Source: an uncultured delta proteobacterium
Lineage (GTDB): Bacteria > Myxococcota_A > UBA9160 > SZUA-336
Direction of reading: 5' to 3'
Assembly (NCBI GenBank): GCA_963704165.1
Contig: CAVPHD010000003.1
Coordinates: forward strand, 548,217-612,216
DNA: 64,000 nucleotides
Positions 19,876 through 29,418 of the stretch are shown here, piece after piece. How positions within the stretch are numbered: position 1 is the first letter of the stretch; every line of letters starts with the position of its first letter. The notes under the pieces are model-generated. The model had not been told where the DNA came from. It saw nothing but the letters and a program-made list of their open reading frames with translations, and made no database searches. The position numbers and the translations under genes are program-made.

Positions 19876-20853
19876 TCAGGCGGCCGCGGAACGGAACCGC
19901 GCGCGGTAGGCCGCCGGTGAAACGCGTACGCGGCGCACGAAGGAGCGGCGCAGGCTCTCCGCGCACGCGAAGCCGCAGCGCCGCGCGACCTCGTCCACGG
20001 CCGCAAGCGACTCCTCGAGACATCGCCGCGCCGCCTCGACCCGCACGCGCTCGACCCAACGCGCGGGCGTCTCGCCGACCTCGCGCGCAAAGACGCGGGC
20101 GAAGTTGCGCGGGCTCATTCCCGCGCGCTTCGCCAGCGCCGCCACGCCCAGGTCGGCTCGGAGGTGCGCCTGTGCCCACGTCTGCAGATCGCGAATCGCG
20201 TCGTGCTCGGTGGCCTGTGCGGAGAGCTCGGCGCTGAACTGCGACTGCCCGCCGGGTCGCTTCAGGAAGAGCACGAGCCAGCGTGCGACCGTGAGCGCGA
20301 GCTCGCGACCGTGGTCCTGCTCGACGAGCGCGAGCGCCAGGTCCATGCCCGCGCAGACGCCCGCCGAGCTCCAGAACTTCCCGTCGCGCACGAAGATCGG
20401 GTCGGTCTCGACGGCGATCTGCGGGTAGCTTGCCGCGAGCCGGGTGCAGCTTCCCCAGTGCGTGGTCGCGCGCCGGCCATCGAGCAGCCCCGCCTCTGCG
20501 AGCAGGAAAGCCCCCGTACACACCGATGCAACGCGGCGCGCGTGCTTCGCTCGTCGGCGCAGGAATCCGATCAGGGCCCGGTCGTGCAGGGCCGCCGCGC
20601 TGCCCTTGCCCCCGGCGACGAGCAATGTGTCGATCGGGCCGCGCAGGTCGCGCAGGCCGCGAGGCGCCGCCAGCTCGATCCCCGACGTCGTGCGCACCGG
20701 ACCCGGCTCGCGCGCCGCGATCTCGATCTGGTAGCGCGGCACGCGACGATCGCGCTTCTCGTCGAGCCGACGATTCGCGTTCGCGAAGACCTCGAGCGGC
20801 CCGGCGACGTCGAGCACCTGCACGTCGGGATAGACCAGCATCACGACTCTCAT
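19876..20853 (-). CDS. GlxA-family AraC transcriptional regulator with DJ-1 domain
   Basis: LDVAGPLEVF, SVCTGAF, RPGGQSQFS, MSPRNFARVF, C-terminal HTH. Confidence 0.93.
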   Translation of the reverse strand: MRVVMLVYPDVQVLDVAGPLEVFANANRRLDEKRDRRVPRYQIEIAAREPGPVRTTSGIELAAPRGLRDLRGPIDTLLVAGGKGSAAALHDRALIGFLRRRAKHARRVASVCTGAFLLAEAGLLDGRRATTHWGSCTRLAASYPQIAVETDPIFVRDGKFWSSAGVCAGMDLALALVEQDHGRELALTVARWLVLFLKRPGGQSQFSAELSAQATEHDAIRDLQTWAQAHLRADLGVAALAKRAGMSPRNFARVFAREVGETPARWVERVRVEAARRCLEESLAAVDEVARRCGFACAESLRRSFVRRVRVSPAAYRARFRSAAA

Positions 20854-20930
20854 CGAGCGAAGGGTGGTCGTTTTCCGATCTGGCGGCAATGACAAAGATC
20901 CAACGATTCCTGCCAGATCGAGGAACGCGC

Positions 20931-22559
20931 TCAGGGACGCGGACAGGCGTCGCCGAAACCGTCCTTGTCCGCGTCCGCCTGGTCTGGATTCGCGAGATCG
21001 GGGCAGACGTCGCAACCATCGGGGAAGCCGTCCTGATCGCGGTCGAACTCCGCGGACAGGCAACCCGGTGTCGCGCAGGGCACGTCGTTCGGGCCGAAAC
21101 GACAGACACGGTACGGTGTCGATTCGAGATGCCGGGACCAATTGACGTAGATCGCGCTCCCGATCACGACTTTTTCGCAGTCGGACAGCCGCGCGGGCGT
21201 CCGCCTGGAACGGCAGCCCCTCCGGTCCGGCTCCAGCATGCGGACTCGCGGGTAGACCGCGCCGTCCGGGACCTCGAGCCCGCGCACTTCGAGCCTGCAC
21301 CGATCGAGCCCTTCTCGCGCGCGCACGCACGGTGCCGAGGCGAGTATGCGGCCGCTCGCGTCGAGAAGCTCGAGGACGTCGAAGCGCCGGGTCAGGCGGG
21401 GATCGCCGTTCGCGTTGCGGGGATCGTTCAGAGCGAGAACGTGCACCTCGACGCGCCCGTCCGGTGCGTCGAGGTTCGCGCCCATCGGCAGCCAGGCGCC
21501 GTTCTCGCCGCTCCGCATCTCGAAGCGCAGCGCCGGCCTTCCCGACGCGGCGTAGTAGCAGCGCCGAGCGTGCATCGCATCTACGAGCGCAGCGCGCGTC
21601 TTCGCCCAGACCCAGCACACCGTCGCTCCGTTTCGGAGGGACGCGGCGCTCCGCGGACCCGTCGCATCGTGGCTGTCCGATCCGTAGGCGGGAAACACCC
21701 GGTAGCCGGCGCGGAGCATGCGCTGGTAGCTCGCCTCCCACTCCGGGTCGCGCTTGCCGGAGCCCACTTCGACGCCCTGCACGAACGCGTCCGAGAATCC
21801 GCCGGGAGCGTTCGCCGGGTGCAGGGGCCGCAAGTCCATCGCGTCTGCGGCGCCCGGGTGTGCCTGGATCAGCGCCCCCTGCGGGCGGCTCGAGGTCGCG
21901 AGCCAACGGTAGAGCCGATACTCGTCGGCGCAGTACTCGTCGCCGGCGAGCCACCCGTCGTCCGCGCACATCCCGCGCGTCTCGCCGGGAAGGATCACGA
22001 CCTTGTGGCCGCCCTCGCGCGACGCGACGCCTTTCTGTGTGAACGCGTAGTTCGTGAACTCGCGACCCGTGAGCGCGAGGAACCCGCCCTCCCCTTCGAC
22101 CGTCTTGGATGTCGCGAGTCGCGAGAGCGCGAGCGCTTCGTTCGAGCGCGGAGACAGGATCGCGCCGTCCTTCGCCATCGCGTCGGGAAATCCCGCGGGC
22201 GTCACGTTCATCGACCACCAGCGGTACTTCTCACTCGCCGTGTCGAGGCAGATGTTCGCCCTCTCCCCGGGGAAATTCGTGTCGTGGTGCGAGAGACTTC
22301 CCCACTCGTAGCCGGTCGCGCGCATCGCGTCGTACGCGTCGAAGCTCGATCCGCTCTCGTGGAGCCCTCCGGGGAATCCGGGCACGGGCGGCTCCCTCTC
22401 GAGCCGCTCGATCATCCACAACGTCGCGGCATGCTGGTGGCTGTCGCCCGCGACGAGGCTCATGCCGGCGTACGCATCGCCGCCGGGCAATTCCGCGCGG
22501 GCGAACCATGCAGGCGCGAGGAACGCGTGAAGCGCGAGCGCGGCCGATGCCCACTTCAA
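20931..22559 (-). CDS. Secreted PHP-fold metallohydrolase (CehA/McbA-like) with C-terminal TSP3 repeats
   Basis: Signal peptide; GDSHQH, LSHHD, GREFT..GGH, QAHP, GSDSHD; DRDQDGFPDGCDVCP..NPDQADADKDGFGDAC. Confidence 0.75.
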   Translation of the reverse strand: MKWASAALALHAFLAPAWFARAELPGGDAYAGMSLVAGDSHQHAATLWMIERLEREPPVPGFPGGLHESGSSFDAYDAMRATGYEWGSLSHHDTNFPGERANICLDTASEKYRWWSMNVTPAGFPDAMAKDGAILSPRSNEALALSRLATSKTVEGEGGFLALTGREFTNYAFTQKGVASREGGHKVVILPGETRGMCADDGWLAGDEYCADEYRLYRWLATSSRPQGALIQAHPGAADAMDLRPLHPANAPGGFSDAFVQGVEVGSGKRDPEWEASYQRMLRAGYRVFPAYGSDSHDATGPRSAASLRNGATVCWVWAKTRAALVDAMHARRCYYAASGRPALRFEMRSGENGAWLPMGANLDAPDGRVEVHVLALNDPRNANGDPRLTRRFDVLELLDASGRILASAPCVRAREGLDRCRLEVRGLEVPDGAVYPRVRMLEPDRRGCRSRRTPARLSDCEKVVIGSAIYVNWSRHLESTPYRVCRFGPNDVPCATPGCLSAEFDRDQDGFPDGCDVCPDLANPDQADADKDGFGDACPRP

Positions 22560-22993
22560 CCCGAGGATTCCCGACGCCCGATCGCGCGCGCGAGCCGGGT
22601 CGCCGTCGCTTCGAGTCGCGCGGGCTCTCCCGGAATGCGGGTGTGAAGCTGAAGGGGCTCACCGAGGGCCCGCGGCATGAGATGCATGTGGTAGTGGAAG
22701 ACCGTCTGGCCGGCGGCCTGACCGTTCAGCTGGAAGACCATCAGCCCATCGGGCGCCAACTCGGCGCGGATCGCCGCGGCGACGCGGTGGGACGCGCGCG
22801 CGATCGCCTCGAGCGTGGCCTCGTCGACTTCGTAGACGTTCTCGAAGTGGTCCTTCGTGACCACCAGCGCATGACCGTCGGTGACCGGGAAGATGTCCAT
22901 GAACACGATCGTGTGTTCGTCCTCGTAGACACGGTGCGCACCGGCCTCGCCGCTGACGATCTTGCAGAAGATGCAGTTCGGTCTCGCCGCCAT
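22556..22993 (-). CDS. HIT family protein
   Basis: CIFCKIV, GHALVV, GQTVFHYHMHL. Confidence 0.93.
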   Translation of the reverse strand: MAARPNCIFCKIVSGEAGAHRVYEDEHTIVFMDIFPVTDGHALVVTKDHFENVYEVDEATLEAIARASHRVAAAIRAELAPDGLMVFQLNGQAAGQTVFHYHMHLMPRALGEPLQLHTRIPGEPARLEATATRLARAIGRRESSG

Positions 22994-23010
22994 TCGTCCC
23001 GGCCGTGAGC

Positions 23011-23832
23011 TCAATCGAGCGGGTCGAGCGGCGGGGAGTCCTTCGTCGGCGAGAGCGTGAAGCGGGGTTTGCGCTTCTCGAGGAAGCTCATGACGCCCTC
23101 CTTCGCGTCCGCCGTCCCGCCGAGCGCGAACAACGCCTTCGCTTCGCGCCGCGCGACCCGGACCGGGGGCGGGCCGCCCAGATGCTCCCAGATCATGCGC
23201 TTGGTCAGCGCGACGGAGACCGGCGCGGTGTTCTCAGCGATCTCGCGCGCGATCTCTCGCGCGCGCGGCAGCACGCGCTCGGCCGGGACGGCCTCGTTCA
23301 CGAGCCCGAGTCGCGCCGCCTCCTCGCCGAGCAGAATGCGTCCCGAGAGCAGGAGATCGGCCGCGCGCGCGATGCCGATCAGCCGGGGCAGGATCCAGGT
23401 GCTCGAGAGCTCCGTCACGACGCCGCGGCGCACGAACAGGAACCCGAGCTTCGCATCGTTCGCGGCGATCCGGATGTCGTACTGAAGCGGCAGCGTGATG
23501 CCGACGCCGACGGCCGCACCGTTGATCGCCGCGATGATCGGCTTGCGCACCTCCCAAGGCTGGATCGTCCGCATCGGCGCGGCTTCGCCCCGACTCCCCC
23601 CGCCCGCGAACGTTTCTCCGCCGCGCTCGAGGTCCGCGCCCGCACAGAACGCGCGTCCAGCACCGGTGACGATCACCACCCGCACCGCGTCGTCCTCGTC
23701 GGCGCGGAGCAGATGCTCGTTCAGCTCGGCGCCCATCTGCGCGGTCCAGGCGTTCATGCGTTCGGGCCGGTCGAGCGTGATCTCTGCGATTCCGTCCGCG
23801 ACGTCGATCCGTGTATGCGCAGCCGCGCTCAT
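23011..23832 (-). CDS. Enoyl-CoA hydratase/isomerase
   Basis: RAFCAGADL, AAINGAAVGVG, EGVMSFLEKRKPRF. Confidence 0.93.
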   Translation of the reverse strand: MSAAAHTRIDVADGIAEITLDRPERMNAWTAQMGAELNEHLLRADEDDAVRVVIVTGAGRAFCAGADLERGGETFAGGGSRGEAAPMRTIQPWEVRKPIIAAINGAAVGVGITLPLQYDIRIAANDAKLGFLFVRRGVVTELSSTWILPRLIGIARAADLLLSGRILLGEEAARLGLVNEAVPAERVLPRAREIAREIAENTAPVSVALTKRMIWEHLGGPPPVRVARREAKALFALGGTADAKEGVMSFLEKRKPRFTLSPTKDSPPLDPLD

Positions 23833-23842
23833 CGTTTCGCTC

Positions 23843-24919
23843 TCACCACCCGGCCAGCGCGGCCGCGCGCTCGCGGTGCGCGGCGGGCGTGCCGAGGAAT
23901 GCGCGGTCGAACATCGCGCGCTTGAAGTAGATCTGGACGTCGCACTCCCAGGTGAACCCGATCCCGCCGTGCGCCTCGACGGCGTCGCGCGCGACCTGCA
24001 TGTAGACCTGCGTCAGGTGCGCCTTCGCGAGCGCCGCGCTTCGCTCGGACTCGGCCGGAATCCGATCGAAGGCGTGCGCCGCGTACCAGTAGAGCGCGCG
24101 GGCCGGCTCGACCTCGACCGCCATCGCCGCGAGCTGGTGCTTCAGCGCCTGGAAACTGCCGATCGTGACGCCGAACTGCTGGCGTGTCCGGGCGTACTCG
24201 ACCGAGAGATCGACGAGCGTCGCCGCGCCGCCGAACGCATCGGCCGCGAGCAGCACGAGGGCGGCGTCGCGCACGCGCGCGGCGCCCCTGGGACCGTCCG
24301 GGAGCACGTCGCAGGGCGTATCGGCGAGTCGCAGCGAGGCGATTCTTCGGGTGCGATCGATTCCGGCCAACGGCTCGACCGAGAGACCCCGTGCACCGCG
24401 CTCGCAGAGCGCGAGTCCGCCGTCGCGCGTACCGACGACGAACAGGTCCGCGTGCTCGCCGAACGGGACGTGCGCCTTCACACCCTCGAGTGTCGCGCCG
24501 GACTCGAGCGTCCACTCGGCGGGCTGCCAGCGTCCCTCGCCCTCGGCGAACGCCACGGTTCCGAGGATCTCACCCGAAGCGAGCTTCGGGAGCCAGGTCT
24601 TCTTCTGCGCGTCGCTTCCCGCATACAGGATCGCGAGCCCCGCGAGCGAGTGCCCGAGGAACGGCCCGGGCACGGCGCCCGCACCGAGCACCTCGGCCGC
24701 GAGCGCGAGATCGAGCAGCTCGAGCCCGGCGCCCCCGAACTCGTCGGGAACCGCGATCGCGCCGAGGCCGATCTCGAGCAGGCCCTTCCACAGTTCGGTG
24801 TCGTGGCCATCGTCGCCGTCGAAGATCGCGCGACGACGCGTCGGCGCGCACTGCGCCGCCGCGAACTGCGCGACGGTCTCCTGGAGCATCTCCTGCTCCT
24901 CGGTCAGGTCGAAGTTCAT
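23843..24919 (-). CDS. Acyl-CoA dehydrogenase (short partner subunit type)
   Basis: RQQFGVTIGSFQALKH, HGGIGFTWE. Confidence 0.92.
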   Translation of the reverse strand: MNFDLTEEQEMLQETVAQFAAAQCAPTRRRAIFDGDDGHDTELWKGLLEIGLGAIAVPDEFGGAGLELLDLALAAEVLGAGAVPGPFLGHSLAGLAILYAGSDAQKKTWLPKLASGEILGTVAFAEGEGRWQPAEWTLESGATLEGVKAHVPFGEHADLFVVGTRDGGLALCERGARGLSVEPLAGIDRTRRIASLRLADTPCDVLPDGPRGAARVRDAALVLLAADAFGGAATLVDLSVEYARTRQQFGVTIGSFQALKHQLAAMAVEVEPARALYWYAAHAFDRIPAESERSAALAKAHLTQVYMQVARDAVEAHGGIGFTWECDVQIYFKRAMFDRAFLGTPAAHRERAAALAGW

Positions 24920-24922
24920 CGC

Positions 24923-26122
24923 TCAGCTCCTCTGCGCGGCCGCGTCGCGCGGCAGGCCGAGGCCGCGCTCGCCGATCACGTTTCGCTGGACGTTGGCCGT
25001 CCCGCCCGCAATCGCGGACCCGAGCGACCAGATGACCTGGCCGACCCACTGGCTGTTCTCGCGCGGAGCCCCGGGCCTGCGCTCGCCGACCTCGAGCAGA
25101 CCATCGTCGCCGATCAGGTCGAGGCCGATCTTCGCCATCTCCTGCCCGAGGTTCGTCGACATCAGCTTGTTCATGAGCCCGATCCGCCCCGGGTCCTGCG
25201 CCTTCGAGGCCTTCGTCAGCTGCCGGTACCCGGAATACTGATGCGAGCGGACGTAGCCCTCGAGCTGAACCAGACGCTGGCGGATTCCCGGGTCGTCGAT
25301 CGCGGGCCGGCCATCGCGCAGCGTGCGCTTCGCGAGCGAGACCAGTCCCTGGAACATCATCACGGTGTTGGCCGCGTCGCCGATCATGTTGCGCTCGTGC
25401 TTCAGCGTCGTGCGCGAGACGATCCAACCCTCGCCGCGTTTGCCGACGATCCAGTCGACCGGTGTGCGCGCGTCCGTGAAGAAGACCTCGTTGAAATCCG
25501 AGGAACCCGTCATCTGGCGAAGCGGCCGGACCTCGATTCCCGGCTGCTTCATCGAGAGCAGCAGGTACGAGATTCCCGCGTGCTTCTGCGCGTCACGCTC
25601 GGTGCGGCAGAGACAGAACATGTAATCGGCGACGTGCGCGCCGCTGGTCCAGATCTTCTGGCCGTTGATCACCCATTCGTCGCCCACGATCTCGGCGCGC
25701 GTCTGCAGCGACGCGAGGTCGCTTCCCGATCCCGGCTCGCTGTAGCCCTGGCACCAGATGACCTCGCCGCGGATCGTCGGGCCGATGAACTTCTCCCTTT
25801 GCCACTCGGTGCCCTTCTCGAGCAGCGTCGGAACGAGCATGCTCGGACCGATTCCGGCCAGATCACCGGGCGCACGCGCGCGGAAGAACTCCTCGCGGAT
25901 GATTTGCGCCTTCAGGACGTCGGCGGGTTGCTCCGATCCCCCGTACCGCTTCGGAATCGAACGCGCGAGATAGCCCGCCTCGATCGCACGTCCTCGAAAG
26001 ATCGACGCCTTCTGACCGGACGGCAGCGCTGCCTCGGCTCCCTGCAATGGCCAGCTCGTGCTCAGGAACGTCGAGACCTCGGAACGGAACGCCTCGTACT
26101 CCGCACTGTAGGAGAGATCCAT
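24923..26122 (-). CDS. Acyl-CoA dehydrogenase
   Basis: WCQGYSEPGSGSDLASL, NGQKIWTSGA, IAGGTANVQRNVIGERGLGLPR. Confidence 0.93.
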   Translation of the reverse strand: MDLSYSAEYEAFRSEVSTFLSTSWPLQGAEAALPSGQKASIFRGRAIEAGYLARSIPKRYGGSEQPADVLKAQIIREEFFRARAPGDLAGIGPSMLVPTLLEKGTEWQREKFIGPTIRGEVIWCQGYSEPGSGSDLASLQTRAEIVGDEWVINGQKIWTSGAHVADYMFCLCRTERDAQKHAGISYLLLSMKQPGIEVRPLRQMTGSSDFNEVFFTDARTPVDWIVGKRGEGWIVSRTTLKHERNMIGDAANTVMMFQGLVSLAKRTLRDGRPAIDDPGIRQRLVQLEGYVRSHQYSGYRQLTKASKAQDPGRIGLMNKLMSTNLGQEMAKIGLDLIGDDGLLEVGERRPGAPRENSQWVGQVIWSLGSAIAGGTANVQRNVIGERGLGLPRDAAAQRS

Positions 26123-26189
26123 CGAACACCTCTGGGTGGGGTACCCGAGGGCGCAGTCTATCATGGGGTCGCGACGCGCTTCCGAGGGC

Positions 26190-26801
26190 CTAGCCGGAGA
26201 TGTCGTGGAGCGCGCCGAGCGATTCGATGCGAGTGTCGCCGTCGATCCGCAAGCCGACGAAGTGCACGCCCGCGCCGCCCGCGGCCTCGCGGTCGTAACG
26301 GGAGTCACCGACGACGATCGCCTCGGCGTTCGAGACGCGAAGCCTGCGACAGGCCTCGTGAACCATGTCCGGCGCGGGCTTCGCGTTCGGCACGTCGGTT
26401 CCGCCGACGACGGTGTCGAGCTCGAGCGCTGCGGCGCCGAGGATCTCGCGCGCGAGCGGAGACGGCGTGTTCGTGATCAGCGCCTGTCGGAATCCCCGGC
26501 GTCGCAGCGCGTCGGTCACATCGCGCGCGTCCGGATCCACGCGCAGGTGCTGCACGTGGTCCATGAAGTGCGCGTGGTAGTGAGCTTCCGTCTCGGCGAT
26601 CGTCTTGTGCGGAAAGAAACGCTCGACGTCCGCGGCGATGCCCTGCCCCCAGCCGTCGCGCATGACCTCGCGCGTGATCGGAACTCCACCGAAGTCGCGC
26701 GAGGTCTGGTTCAAGAGGTGGAACCAGACCTCGTAGCTGTCGATCAGCACGCCATCGAGGTCCCAGAGGACGGCGCGGACGCCTAGTGGAAAGCGCTGCA
26801 C
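26190..26801 (-). CDS. HAD-family phosphatase
   Basis: WDLDGVLIDS, ITN, KPAPD, VGDSRYD; start approximate. Confidence 0.9.
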   Translation of the reverse strand: MQRFPLGVRAVLWDLDGVLIDSYEVWFHLLNQTSRDFGGVPITREVMRDGWGQGIAADVERFFPHKTIAETEAHYHAHFMDHVQHLRVDPDARDVTDALRRRGFRQALITNTPSPLAREILGAAALELDTVVGGTDVPNAKPAPDMVHEACRRLRVSNAEAIVVGDSRYDREAAGGAGVHFVGLRIDGDTRIESLGALHDISG

Positions 26802-27916
26802 GTCGATGCGGGTGGATCGTGCCGCAGGAGCACGCGAGAGCTGTTCAAGAGCGTCTTGCCGCCGAAGGTCGCGCAGAACCGCTGTCCGCCGTCGCCGATC
26901 GCGAGCTGCACGAAGATCCCTCCCCGGGCCGGAAGCTCGAGACCGATCGCGCGGCCCAGGCAGTTCGCACGCACCGAGGTCGTGGTGATCACGACCGAGT
27001 GACACGGGTCGGCGTCGCTTCCGGCGCCGCGGTAGCGATAGCCGAAGGGGGTCTCGAGTCCGAGGCGCTTCCAGCCCTTGCGGGGCAACGCGATCTCGAG
27101 CTCGCCGTGGTGCTCGAGATCGACGACGCGGAGCACCGCGCCCTCGATCGTCGGATCACTCTCCGGACTCGAAGGTGAATCACGCGCGATCCGCTCCGAG
27201 TGAAGTCGCAGGAGCCGCTCCGGCACGATCACGAGCGATCCGCCCCCGAGCATGACCTCCCAGTCGCTGTCGCGGCGGATCTCGACCGCCTGCTCGATCA
27301 CGTTGTTCGTCTCGTCGGCCTCGTCGATCTCGGAGCCGGGATCGACGGTGACGCGAAGCGCGTACGTTCCCGACGGCACGTCGGTGATCTCGATGTACTG
27401 GCAGCCGAGATAGGACGGGTAGATGTCCCAACATCCCGCATAGAGACCCTGGTTCGTGCAGGTGTGACGGAGCGAGGGGCCGATACACCCGCTCTCGGCC
27501 AGGCAGAAGCTCCGCTTTCCACCGATGCCGACTTGCGCGCCGTGCGAATCGATCAGCTCGTAGCGCAGGAAGTTCCCGTAGTGCGGATGGCCGTGCCCTC
27601 CCGCCGGACTGCAGATGAACCTCGAATCCGCGCAGGCCGCGCCGGGGTACGAGGCGCAGAACGGACAGCGCGGATCACCGAACGTGAGATCGCCGGGACC
27701 GTCGTTGCGCGTCGTGAGCGCGAGGCGCAGCAGGTCGAGCCCTTCCGTCGCCGTCGCGCATCCCTCCGCAACGTCGCCCGGGGATACGCTCGTCCCGTAC
27801 ACGAAATGGACGTCGGAGACCTCGGGCACGAGGTCGGGCAGAGACTGCGCGGACGCGAACGCCGCAAGCGACGAAAGCCAGAGCGTGCAGACCGCGAGGA
27901 GGGATCGGCGAATCAT
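26783..27916 (-). CDS. Secreted lysyl oxidase family protein
   Basis: Signal peptide; PDLVP; HGHPHY copper-type motif; GKRSFCL; GCWDIY..LGCQYIEITDVPSGTYALRVTVDP..E.DETNN. Confidence 0.85.
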   Translation of the reverse strand: MIRRSLLAVCTLWLSSLAAFASAQSLPDLVPEVSDVHFVYGTSVSPGDVAEGCATATEGLDLLRLALTTRNDGPGDLTFGDPRCPFCASYPGAACADSRFICSPAGGHGHPHYGNFLRYELIDSHGAQVGIGGKRSFCLAESGCIGPSLRHTCTNQGLYAGCWDIYPSYLGCQYIEITDVPSGTYALRVTVDPGSEIDEADETNNVIEQAVEIRRDSDWEVMLGGGSLVIVPERLLRLHSERIARDSPSSPESDPTIEGAVLRVVDLEHHGELEIALPRKGWKRLGLETPFGYRYRGAGSDADPCHSVVITTTSVRANCLGRAIGLELPARGGIFVQLAIGDGGQRFCATFGGKTLLNSSRVLLRHDPPASTCSAFH

Positions 27917-27925
27917 CGCGCCATT

Positions 27926-28648
27926 CTAGCCCGCGCTTTCCTCCCCCAGGTACGCGGCGCGCACGCGTGGGTCGTTCGCGAGCTCGCTCGCGAGCCCCTC
28001 GAGCGCGAGCACCCCGGTCTCGAGCACGTAGGCGCGGTGCGCGACCCGCAGCGCCTGATGCGCGTTCTGCTCGACGAGGACGACCGTGGTGCCCTGCGCG
28101 TTGATCTCGCGGATGATCGCGAAGATCTGCTTCACGAGAATCGGCGCGAGCCCGAGCGATGGCTCGTCGAGCAGGAGGATCTTCGGCTCCGCCATCAGCG
28201 CGCGTCCGATCGCGAGCATCTGCTGCTCCCCACCGGAGAGCGTTCCACCGGCCTGACCGAGCCGCTCGCGCAAGCGCGGGAAGAGCGCGAATACGCGCTC
28301 GAGACCTTCGGCTTCTCCGCCACGCCGAGGCCAACCGCCCATGCGCAGGTTCTCGAGCACCGAAAGGTTCGCGAAGATGCGCCGGCCCTCGGGCACGTGC
28401 GAGCAACCCAGCCCGACGATCGCCTCCGGCCGATGCGCGGTGACGTCGATGCCCTCGAGCAAGATCCGTCCGGCGCTCGGCCGGACGAGACCGCTCACCG
28501 CCCGCAGCAAAGTGGACTTGCCAGCGCCGTTCGAACCGATCAGCGTGACGATCTCACCCGCGTGGACCTGGAACGACACTCCACGCAACGCGTGGATCGC
28601 GCCGTATCGGACATCGAGTGACTCGACCGAGAGCAACGCCGTGCTCAC
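27926..28648 (-). CDS. livF: Branched-chain amino acid ABC ATP-binding protein
   Basis: GSNGAGKST, VPEGRRIF, LSGGEQQML, DEPSLGLAP. Confidence 0.93.
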   Translation of the reverse strand: MSTALLSVESLDVRYGAIHALRGVSFQVHAGEIVTLIGSNGAGKSTLLRAVSGLVRPSAGRILLEGIDVTAHRPEAIVGLGCSHVPEGRRIFANLSVLENLRMGGWPRRGGEAEGLERVFALFPRLRERLGQAGGTLSGGEQQMLAIGRALMAEPKILLLDEPSLGLAPILVKQIFAIIREINAQGTTVVLVEQNAHQALRVAHRAYVLETGVLALEGLASELANDPRVRAAYLGEESAG

Positions 28649-29418
28649 TCGTCGTCCTCCCCGTCGCGGCCGAGATACGCCTCGATCACCAGCGGATCGC
28701 GGCGCACCGCGTCGGGCGCACCGTCGGCGATCTTCTCGCCGTGATCGAGCACGGCAACGCGATCCGACAGGTTCATCACGAACGAGACGTCGTGGTCGAT
28801 CAGGACGATCGTCAGCCGGCGTTTCGCTCCGAGATCGCGGATCAGCTCCCGCAGGGCCTGCTTCTCGGCCGGGTTCATGCCTGCCGCGGGCTCGTCGAGG
28901 AGCAGGAGCTTCGGCCGCGTCGCGAGAGCGCGCGCGATCTCGAGCCTTCGCTGTTCGCCATAGGGAAGCGAGTCGGCCGATGCGTCCGCGAACGAGCCGA
29001 GGTCGAGCTCGTCGAGCAGAGCACGCGCCTCGACCTCGGCCCCTGCTTCTCGCGCGCGCCAGCTCGACAGCCGCAGGACGTCGCCCATTCCGCTGCGCCG
29101 CGCGCCCTGAAGCGCAGCGCGTACGTTGTCGAGCGCCGACAGGCTGCGGAACAGGCGGATGTTCTGGAACGTGCGCGCGATCCCGAGCGCCGAGATCACG
29201 TGGGGCGCCGTGCCGCCGATCTCGCGACCGTCGAAACGAACGCTTCCTTCGCTCGGCGCATACAGACCCGTGATGACGTTGAACGCCGTCGTCTTGCCCG
29301 CGCCGTTCGGACCGATCAGCGCGACCAGCGACCCCTCCTCGACGTCGAGGTCCAGTCGAGACACGGCCTTGAGGCCGCCGAAGCGAACCTCGAGCCCGCG
29401 GATCTCGAGCAGACTCAC
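28645..29418 (-). CDS. livG: Branched-chain amino acid ABC ATP-binding protein
   Basis: GPNGAGKTT, ARTFQNIRLF, LPYGEQRRLEIA, DEPAAGMN. Confidence 0.93.
   Translation of the reverse strand: MSLLEIRGLEVRFGGLKAVSRLDLDVEEGSLVALIGPNGAGKTTAFNVITGLYAPSEGSVRFDGREIGGTAPHVISALGIARTFQNIRLFRSLSALDNVRAALQGARRSGMGDVLRLSSWRAREAGAEVEARALLDELDLGSFADASADSLPYGEQRRLEIARALATRPKLLLLDEPAAGMNPAEKQALRELIRDLGAKRRLTIVLIDHDVSFVMNLSDRVAVLDHGEKIADGAPDAVRRDPLVIEAYLGRDGEDDE

Noticed and set aside
19876..22218. Long N-terminal extensions on GlxA (also SLC13 31648, MoaD 39067, crotonase 53430)
   Set aside because: Extensions overlap other genes and lack family similarity; internal starts match family N-termini
23495..26476. 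Very long ORFs antisense to real genes (993 aa here; also 1876..3759, 20430..22646, 40707..43112)
   Set aside because: Shadow or off-frame ORFs expected at high GC; Arg/Ala/Pro-rich with no motifs, overlapping well-supported genes
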